Source: Reclinomonas americana ATCC 50394
Lineage: Eukaryota
Reading direction: 5' to 3'
Length of the DNA: 64,000 nucleotides
Assembly: GCA_048213135.1 (NCBI GenBank)
Contig: PS015026.1
Coordinates: 75,275-139,274 of the forward strand
Shown piece by piece: positions 55,617 through 64,000 of this stretch; position 1 is the stretch's first letter; each line of letters starts with the position of its first letter. Made by a program: the position numbers and the translations under genes. The notes beneath the pieces are model-generated. The model saw only the letters and a list, made by a program, of their open reading frames with translations. It did no database searches and was not told the DNA's origin.

Positions 55617-58600
55617 CGCGCGCATTCTCATTCATGAGCAGTGCCAATCGACGAGCTTCTCGCGTGGTCGCTGCACCCGCACAAACTGCGCATCACTCAG
55701 CGACGTGCTTCCATGTGCATCCAGTGCGTTGTGCGGGAATTGAGGAGTGCCATCATGCATGCAAAGAGAGAATGACTGATTTGAGTGTCACACAGACAAG
55801 CCCACTGTGCGCAGTCGGTGCTGCGTCACTGTCGCGTCTGGAGGGCTCTCTGTCGGTGGCGCCATACACCGGGCGCTGTTGCGTTCTCTTTCTCACGCAC
55901 AATCTCTCCCCCTATCTCTCTCTCACTTCCTCACCAGTGGACCAGCGTGTGTTTGGCGACGACACTCTGTGCTGGGATTGCCCGAGTGGCGTGCTGACCA
56001 TGTGCTGGCACGACACCACTGATCACTTGTTGGTGGGCTGTGCGGATGGCAGTGCGCGTGCCTATAGCTTGTCGGCGGGTGAGGCGACGCAGCCGCAGTC
56101 GTTCGACTTGGAAGGCCCACCGTGCGTCGCCACGTTTCGCTGCATCTCCGCCTCCAAAGTGGTGCGTTGTTTTTGGCAGGAGCCAAGTACGTCGCGACAA
56201 GGTGACTGACATTGGTGATACGAACCCCAGGGTGCTGCAGTTCCCGACAAGTGGCCACAGTCGCGGTCGGTGACGCACGTAGCCATTCCTCGTTGCGTGC
56301 AAATGACAGCGGCCTGCCTTCTTTTTTTCTGGTGCGTGGCTCACTGCGTGGAGTAGGCGACTCGGATACGTTCTCGGCGGTCGAGAACGAGCGTGTGCAT
56401 CTGTGGTCGATTGAGAATGCGGAGCGAGCGCTCTCCACGGCCAAGGTGCGTTGCTGGTGTTGTTGTTGTTGCCCGACTGCGCGGTTGACTGAGCACGCTG
56501 CAGGTGAGCAACGAGCCGCTGACATCGCTGTCGTGGAACCCCAACGACAGCCACCTGTTTGCTGTGTCGTCGGTGAGCGGCCACACCAAAGTTGTCGACA
56601 CTCGCGACCTCCGCAATCCCGACAACTCTGTCACGTGGAAATGCGGGCACGGCAGCACAAATGGCACGCACGCGGTGTCGTGGTCGCCACTGATACCGCA
56701 CTGGATCGCCACGGCGGGCGGTGACGGGTTTGTGCGCGTCTATGACGTGCGAAGCACTTCGGATGCGGTGTTCTCGTTCCCAGCGCACCAGTCGCTGGCT
56801 CTGCATGTTGCGTGGCAGGGATATGTGCGGAACTTTCTCGTTGCCTGACGTGTTCGTTGCCGCGCAGGTGGCCTGGTCGCCGGCCTACTGCGACGTCCTC
56901 ATCAGCTGCGGAGTGGAAGATGTTGTGCGCGTGTGGAATCTCAATCTGGAGCCACACTGTGCATTCTCCAAGGCAGATGATCCGCAGATTGTCGACGGTC
57001 TGTGCCGTGGGCGTATCGACATGTTTGTTGTTCATCGAGCTCATGTATGAGCGCGTGTGTGTGCAGTGTGCTTTGACACGCACCATGCGTGGAATCCCAT
57101 GTTCCTCACGCAGACGGGCGACGTGCTCAGCTTTCCGGTGGCCACCGAAGAATTCGATCGAGTCAGCGATCTGATGCTGGAGTTTCGTATCTCACTGTGT
57201 GCATTCAAACTCTGTGTTTCTGCCACTGACCGATGCTTGGCAGGACCTCGGAACTCGGCAAGTCATACTCGCCATCGCAGCGGCAATTCGTGCAGCTGCT
57301 GTACTCGATGCAAGTGCGCAAGGCGTACCGCAAGCTGGAGGATCTGGTGTTGGAGTGCCAGCAACAGCGCGAGTTGCGTCCTTTTCTGGTTTGCGCGTCT
57401 ATGTCACCGGGCACTCAATAATTGAGAATTGCAGCTTTGCCATGGCCATGAAGCTGGTGGACATGGGAGTTCCTCTCGACCCGGTGACATGCACGAGCGT
57501 TCCCGGCGACGGCAGCGTGGCCACTCCGGCGTTGCCGCCATTTCCCACACCGCCGCCGGCGGCGCCAGCGGCAACTGATGCTGCTGCGGCAGGGACAGCG
57601 CCTTTGCCAGCCGATGGTATGTCGGATGAGCTCCTCTCTCTCTCTCTCGCTTCGTCTGAACAATGTGTTGTGTGCCAGCGGCCAGTCGTCCGGTTCACCA
57701 CAAGGATGCAGTGGCCAGATTCCGTCGCGAGCTCGACTTGTACTCGCAGCGCCTGCTCAAGACTTTCCCGATCACTCCAGTGCGTCGCATTGCCTTGAAC
57801 AGCACCTGGGAGAACTCGTGTGTTGACGCAACTTGCTCTCTCTCTCTCCCCGCCAGGATGTGCAAGAGCAACTGCGCAAGGTGCAAGACACGACGGAGAA
57901 TTTGCGCCTGCTGCGGCTCATCAAGCAGCGCGACTTTACGGATCCCGCATCCATTGATCGTGAGTATCGCGAGCTTGTGGAGCGCAATCCGCGCTTCCTC
58001 GACGTGGACGTGGTGCTGGTGCGTTCGTGTGTGTATCTGTCTGTGCCCATGCCCGTCGCTCGTGCATGCTGACATGCACACGTCTTTCATTTTCGTGCAA
58101 GACGGTGATTGAGGCCCTGTGCGAAGAGAGCTACGACGCTGGCATGGGCGCACTGTCCCGTTGGCTGGAGGTGGTCGAGGATCTGGATCACCGCGACTCG
58201 TCACAGCGTGTGTGCTCGCCCTTCTTCCAGCAAGTCGCCGGACCCGCCATCGGTCCACTGTTGTTTGACGCCGCCAACACCGTGTCGTTGCCGGAGGTCA
58301 AATGTGAGTGCACGCACACACGTCACGAGGCAACATACCTACCGGCTCGTCGTTCACTCACTTGTCCTCCTCCGCAGACGACAAGGTGACGACGACGGTT
58401 CGCGTGCCGAGTTTGGCCTCGAGTGCCGTCTACGAGGTGCTGCTGTTGAACGCCGCGTTGCCGGCGTCGGGAACCTCCACTGCCGAGGGCAGTGCCAGCG
58501 CGGGGTCGGTGACCACTGTACGCCGCCGGGAGCGACCGGCTCGGAAAGCAGTTGCGATGCACATTGGCACTATTGTGCACAGAAGTGGCGTGTTGTACTC

Positions 58601-58854
58601 ACCCACTCCATTCCGCACAGTCAACGAAACGACTGCCTAGGCAGTCGACGGCGCCAACCATTTCCCGCGAACACGTGTCGTCCGTCATGCAATACGGCGG
58701 TGGGCCACTCGACGCCAACGGTGTGGTTCGCTTTATGGAGCGTATTCGGAACCAGTGCGAGACCGACCCGGCGTTCCTGCGCGCCCAGGTCGAGGCCACA
58801 CGGTCTGTGCACATTCACTTCCTTTGTTCTGCACACTCGCTCTGATGTCTCTTC

Positions 58855-58917
<63 letters not shown>

Positions 58918-59818
58918 GCGTGTGCGTGTGCCACAGAAACATTTACTGCGAGGCGTGGAAGACTCGTGACGGCAGCTCGCTGTGCGACTACTTCCTCGAG
59001 CTGTGCACGGAGAGCGGATTGCAGCCATTCGACTTGGTGTGCATGGGACCGTGGCAGCTGCTGCTGGCCGCGTTGCTGCAAAAGCACTCCTTTGACGAGT
59101 ACTTTGGCATTGTCTTGCGACTGGCACAGGTGTGTTTGTTTGTTAACGTGGATGTCGCGCCGCGGTGAGCGACACTTAACGCCACGAGTGTGTGTTGCAG
59201 TTGTACGAGGGACGAGCCGCGGGAAAAGTGTTTGCCAACGAGGCTCTGGAGAACGGCTATCCCACCTTGTGTGACGAGGTGGATGCACTGATGGAGGTCG
59301 ATGCGATGGGATCGCTGCAAAAGGTGCTGTCCACCATCGCGTCCGTGTACGGACGAGTGTGCGGCACACTGCCACCTGCCGGCGATGCCAGTGCGTCGCC
59401 GTCGAGTCGCGAGTCTGTCGCAGCCACCGCCACTCGCGGCCTCTCCTTCGAGGTGCCGCTGCCTGCCGCTCCTGCCTACCTGCTGGAATTTGTGTCGACA
59501 ACAGCACTGTGCGTCGTGGACAGCATCCGTGGAATGCATGTGGTCGCTGATGCGTTTTGTGTGCTGTCTGCTGCAGGCAAGTGGCCGTGGCGCTGGAGAA
59601 CCTGCTGAGTCAAACCGGATCAACCATGGACGGTCAGTGGCTGCGAATGGAGTGGCGCGTTTCGTTTGTTCTGACGTTGTGATGCAGCCTCGCGAACCGC
59701 CCGCAACTTGCTCCGCGAGCTCGCCCAGTACATCCCGCAAGTCGACAACGAGGTATTCAAGCAAATCCGATTCGTTCTCGATCGGTACAGCTCACGAGGC
59801 GGTGATGCAAGGCGATAA
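51584..59818 (+). CDS. Large multi-exon protein with armadillo repeats followed by WD40 repeats and a helical C-terminus (may be two genes)
   Basis: ARM-like GVVQAVVEACRQH, VCVLGNLSY, ALGNLA; WD40 LTSLSWNPNDSHLFA, AVSWSPLIPHWIATAGGDGFVRVYDVR, VAWSPAYCDVLISCG...VRVWNL. Many short GT-AG introns. Confidence 0.75.
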
Positions 59819-59959
59819 AAAAACAAAAGCCGTTGTGTAGACCCTTGCATGGCGGGAATTGTCATCTACAATTTTTCAACCAACACACACCGAGAACATG
59901 TGTTGCGTCTNNNNNNNNNNNNNNNNNNNNAAGGGGGAAAGGGTGCGTGCTGCTACTGT

Positions 59960-60420
59960 AAACGCACTTCCGACACGGCTGTTCTCCGCCTCGCGCTTGT
60001 ACTGCACACCACCACAGCGTGTGAGTCACGTGTGTGGCATGGCGCGCACTTGTTTTTTTCGTGCACACAAACCTCGACTTCCGAGTGCAACTCGCTGTGC
60101 AGCGTCGACACCGTCTCCTTGATCTGCACACGAAGCACGCATGCAAGTGTGAGCAAACAAACAACAAGCGAGTGGAAATGTCGCACGAGCGTGCACACAC
60201 TCACCTTCATCAGCTTCTCCACTGCAGGCGAGCCTATGCAGCGCAGCAGCGCAACAACAAAGAGAGCAAGTCAGTGTGTGTGAGAGAGAGAGAGTGGTGC
60301 CTTTTTGTGGGCCCTCTGTTGCATCGAGCATGGGACCGGTTTATGTGAAAGGTGGTGGACGCAACGAGGAGAACCGCCAGGGCTGGCGGCTCCGGGCGAC
60401 ACTCGCGACAGGATGCTCAT
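59960..60420 (-). CDS. SF-assemblin N-terminal exons on an inverted gap-bounded contig
   Basis: MSILSRVSPGAASPGGSP|RSPAVEKLMK|IKETVSTLHSELHSEVE|ARRRTAVSE: a Pro/Ser-rich head plus the start of the coiled coil that the plus-strand part lacks. Confidence 0.7.
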
Positions 60421-61228
60421 GGTCGTCGGTGAGCTGAATGCGGCGCTCTCGGGGCGTTGGCCAGCTGCATTTCACAGAGAGAGAAAAGAGCGAGTGAGAA
60501 AATATCAGCTCTCACCGTGCGTCGTGTGATATTCATGCCATGATCCGAGTTTGTGTGAGAGAGAGTGAAGAGAGAGAGAGAGAGTATGAGTCTCAGGCGT
60601 CTCTTTGTGCGCGTGCGTGCAAGGCGGAGTTGCGTGGCTGCGTGCGTGTGTGCGTGCGTTGCGTGCCGGAGAAATGGCCATCGGCAAACCGCGACGCAAA
60701 TCGCATGGAGTGTGCATGGCCGAGAGGAGAAGAGGCGTAGAAAGAGTGGTGCAGTGAGTGTGGGCGGTGATGNNNNNNNNNNNNNNNNNNNNNNNNNNNN
60801 NNNNNNNNNNNNNNNNNNNNNNNNNNNNNNNNNNNNNNNNNNNNNNNNNNNNNNNNNNNNNNNNNNNNNNNNNNNNNNNNNNNNNNNNNNNNNNNNNNNN
60901 NNNNNNNNNNNNNNNNNNNNNNNNNNNNNNNNNNNNNNNNNNNNNNNNNNNNNNNNNNNNNNNNNNNNNNNNNNNNNNNNNNNNNNNNNNNNNNNNNNNN
61001 NNNNNNNNNNNNNNNNNNNNNNNNNNNNNNNNNNNNNNNNNNNNNNNNNNNNNNNNNNNNNNNNNNNNNNNNNNNNNNNNNNNNNNNNNNNNNNNNNNNN
61101 NNNNNNNNNNNNNNNNNNNNNNNNNNNNNNNNNNNNNNNNNNNNNNNNNNNNNNNNNNNNNNNNNNNNNNNNNNNNNNNNNNNNNNNNNNNNNNNCTTTC
61201 TCTTGCTCATGTGTATGACGATGTAGAG

Positions 61229-61990
61229 CTGCTGGAGATGTGCGTGAAGAACGACAAGAACCTGGCGCTGGAGATCAAGCGGCGCTCGGAGGCCGACAAG
61301 GTGCTGCAGGCGTTTTTCGAGAACAGTCTGAATGACACGCGCGAGGCCATGGAGAAGAAGATGAATGACCGTTTCTCGCACATGCAACTGACGATTGAGG
61401 TTCTGGCCAAGCGCACGGCGCAGCTGGAGCAGGACCTCAAGGAGGAGCGTGAGTCGCGCGCGCGTGCCGTCGAGGACACTGGCAATGTGCTGTTGGGGTC
61501 AGTCTACATTGCGCTCTTTGCTGCATGTTTTTCCGATGATTGCTGACACCGCTGTGTGCAGCGAGATCCGCATGCTGCAAACATCACACGAGCAGGAGAA
61601 GCAGAACCGCATGGACAAGGAGGCGGCGATTACGAGGAAGCTGACGGAGGATGCGAACCGCCTGGCGGAGCGCATTGAGTCGGAGCACTTGCAGCGCGAG
61701 GCGGCGCTGGCGCAACTGCGCGACGATCTCGACAAGAACCAGCGCGTGCGCGACAAGACCGACGAGAAGTTCAAGTCGATTTGCGTCGAGGAGATCGAGA
61801 CTCTCAAGCAGGGCCTGCGAATCGAGTCGGAGGCCCGCGAGGCCAGCGAGGAGGAGATGGTCCGAACGATGAAGGATGTGAGTCACGCTCCTCGTCGTAC
61901 GCCTTTCGATGCTGCTGTCCACTCACTGATTATTTCTCTGCGCAGGTGATCAACGAGCTGAAGGAGGGCTTGCACATCATCTCCAAGTAA
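61229..61990 (+). CDS. SF-assemblin/beta-giardin family striated-fibre protein, C-terminal exons
   Basis: LALEIKRRSEADKVLQ, EERESRARA, EQEKQNR, IESEAREASEEEMV...ELKEGLHIISK* match the family rod and C-terminal motif. Confidence 0.92.
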
Positions 61991-62243
61991 GGAGCAAGCA
62001 CGCGAAAGACCGACCACTTCTGTTCATATGCGCGACGGGGAGTCTTGCTCCTCGTCTGGTGCAACCCTACACATTTTTTCCTCCCGGCCATTCTCTCCTC
62101 TCTTGTCTCTTTTCTCTTATCCTTTCTGTGCGAGAGTCGCTTCTGTCGAGCGTCGATGTACACCGGTGTACTTTGGTTTCCATTTGTCGACGCGCTCGTC
62201 AATTTCACTTGTTTTTTCGTCGTCGTTTGTGAGCGAGAGAGAA

Positions 62244-64000
62244 ATGTCTTCCAAGCGCGTCATGGTGTCTCAAGAAAAGGTGCNNNNNNNNNNNNNNNNN
62301 NNNNNNNNNNNNNNNNNNNNNNNNNNNNNNNNNNNNNNNNNNNNNNNNNNNNNNNNNNNNNNNNNNNNNNNNNNNNNNNNNNNNNNNNNNNNNNNNNNNN
62401 NNNNNNNNNNNNNNNNNNNNNNNNNNNNNNNNNNNNNNNNNNNNNNNNNNNNNNNNNNNNNNNNNNNNNNNNNNNNNNNNNNNNNNNNNNNNNNNNNNNN
62501 NNNNNNNNNNNNNNNNNNNNNNNNNNNNNNNNNNNNNNNNNNNNNNNNNNNNNNNNNNNNNNNNNNNNNNNNNNNNNNNTCTCTCTTTCTTTCGTTAGTC
62601 ACAATGTGCAGTCGACTCACTCACACGCTGTGAAGGCACGAGCTGCTCTGCTGGCACACCACCCCTTTGCTCTGTGTGGTGCCGACCTCGCCGACTCTGC
62701 ACACACTCTGTGCGCGGTGATTGACTGCCCAGAGAGTGCCTCTCGCATCACCAGTGAAGAGGAGCTTGTCGACGCCGTGGTCTCGGCCGGAAGCATGGTC
62801 GGTCAAAGTCACGACCCCAATTGAAGCTGCATGTCGTTCCGATCGTTCGACTGACCGAGTGTAATATTATCGAACATGTGTGTGTCTAGCAATTGCGTGA
62901 TGCGTTGTCGGTGGTGGATGTGCAGCAGCTGGCGAGCAAGATGGGCGTGAAGGTGCCGCCGGTGGTGACCAACCCGCGCGCCCATCAGCGAGTGGTGAAA
63001 CAGGTGTGTACGGAAGCGGTGTCTTGTTCGGATTCGAGAACGAGAGAAACTGACTCTTGTTTTGCTGGTGCAGCTCATGCAGCGGTGGACGGAAGAGGTG
63101 GAGGTCGACGACGAGGAGCAGGGTGGCGGGTCGAAGCGGCGACGCGCCAAGAGCTCCTTCAATGTGTTTGTCAGCGATCAGATGCTGGCCATGGCGAATC
63201 CGCAACCGGACGATGTGGAGAATGTGAAGTGAGCGGAGTTGCCTGTGTGTTATCCATGGTGTTGCTGTTCCTCAATCAGGTGATCTTCTACGTGCAGTGC
63301 GTCTGCCCTCAACATGAGAGACAGGATGAAGGAGATCGGTTTGTGTGCATGCATGCATGATGCGTTGTGTGTGGTCAACAGCTGTCCCGTGCTAACGTTT
63401 TTGCCAGCTCGTCGCTGGCGCACCGTGACGCTGGAGGAGCGTGCCGAGTATCGAGATCGAGCAGCGCGTGAGCGTCAACAGCCTACCTCGTCCTCAAAAA
63501 AGGCAAAGAGCGAACCGGAGGCACCAGCCGCAAGCACCACCGCGGCTGCTGCGACTGCAGCGGAATCCGCTCCAGCTTTCACTCCCAAGAAACCCAAGAC
63601 CGCCTACGCCTGTTACACCAGTGCCGAGCGCAGTCGGTGAGCACTATACCGACTATTGGCTCGGCATACTTCCTGCCTGCCTCTCTCACTGCATGCTGCT
63701 CCAGTGTCGTCGCCGAGAATCCGCAAGTTGTCGGTCAGCCCAAGGAGATTACTCGTCTCCTCTGTTGCGTCGCAAGTTGAAGACCACGGTCACCCTTCCC
63801 ACACAAACTCACTTTCCCCGCTCGCAGCTGAAAAGTGGGCGACAGCCACTGCCGAAGTGAAGGCCACGTACGAGGCCATGGCCACGGCCGACCGTGAGCG
63901 GTACCAACGAGAACTGACCACGGGAGAAGTTGAAGGTCTGACACTCATCGTTGACATCGTGACATATTCACGCCGCTCACATGGAGTACAGCACCGCGGG
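62244..64000 (+). CDS. Protein with at least two HMG boxes, multi-exon, runs past the window end
   Basis: RRAKSSFNVFVS...WRTVTLEERAEYRDRA and PKKPKTAYACYTS...EITRLLSEKWATATAEVKATYEAMA...RERYQRE. Confidence 0.9.

Overview
Draft-assembly scaffold (many N gaps) from an intron-rich, microsatellite-rich, flagellated microbial eukaryote with GC-rich coding DNA and a standard genetic code. The lineage cannot be named from this window. Ordinary genes: P3A plasma-membrane H+-ATPase, a DOMON protein, RPS14/uS11, triosephosphate isomerase, a secreted ankyrin protein, a SHIPPO-repeat protein, a large ARM+WD40 protein, SF-assemblin and an HMG-box protein. The accessory block at about 36.7-51.3 kb holds an NLR-like gene (Ubl-Ubl-HEPN-NACHT-pentapeptide-14xWD40) between two tail-to-tail, degenerate R2-superfamily (RLE) non-LTR retrotransposons. 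A REase-fold+kinase gene of Crinkler type lies at about 15-18.6 kb. The most unexpected signal is window-wide: at least 14 introns, placed by protein-motif continuity and reading frame, use a +1-shifted donor GTTGCG/GTTACG (G at +6, not +5), nearly always when the last exon base is not G. A second oddity is a stand-alone SLC12 C-terminal domain with an N-terminal acylation motif and no transmembrane part. Three genes are split into opposite-strand pieces exactly at gaps, most likely mis-oriented contigs. All gene models were built by eye without database searches or RNA data.
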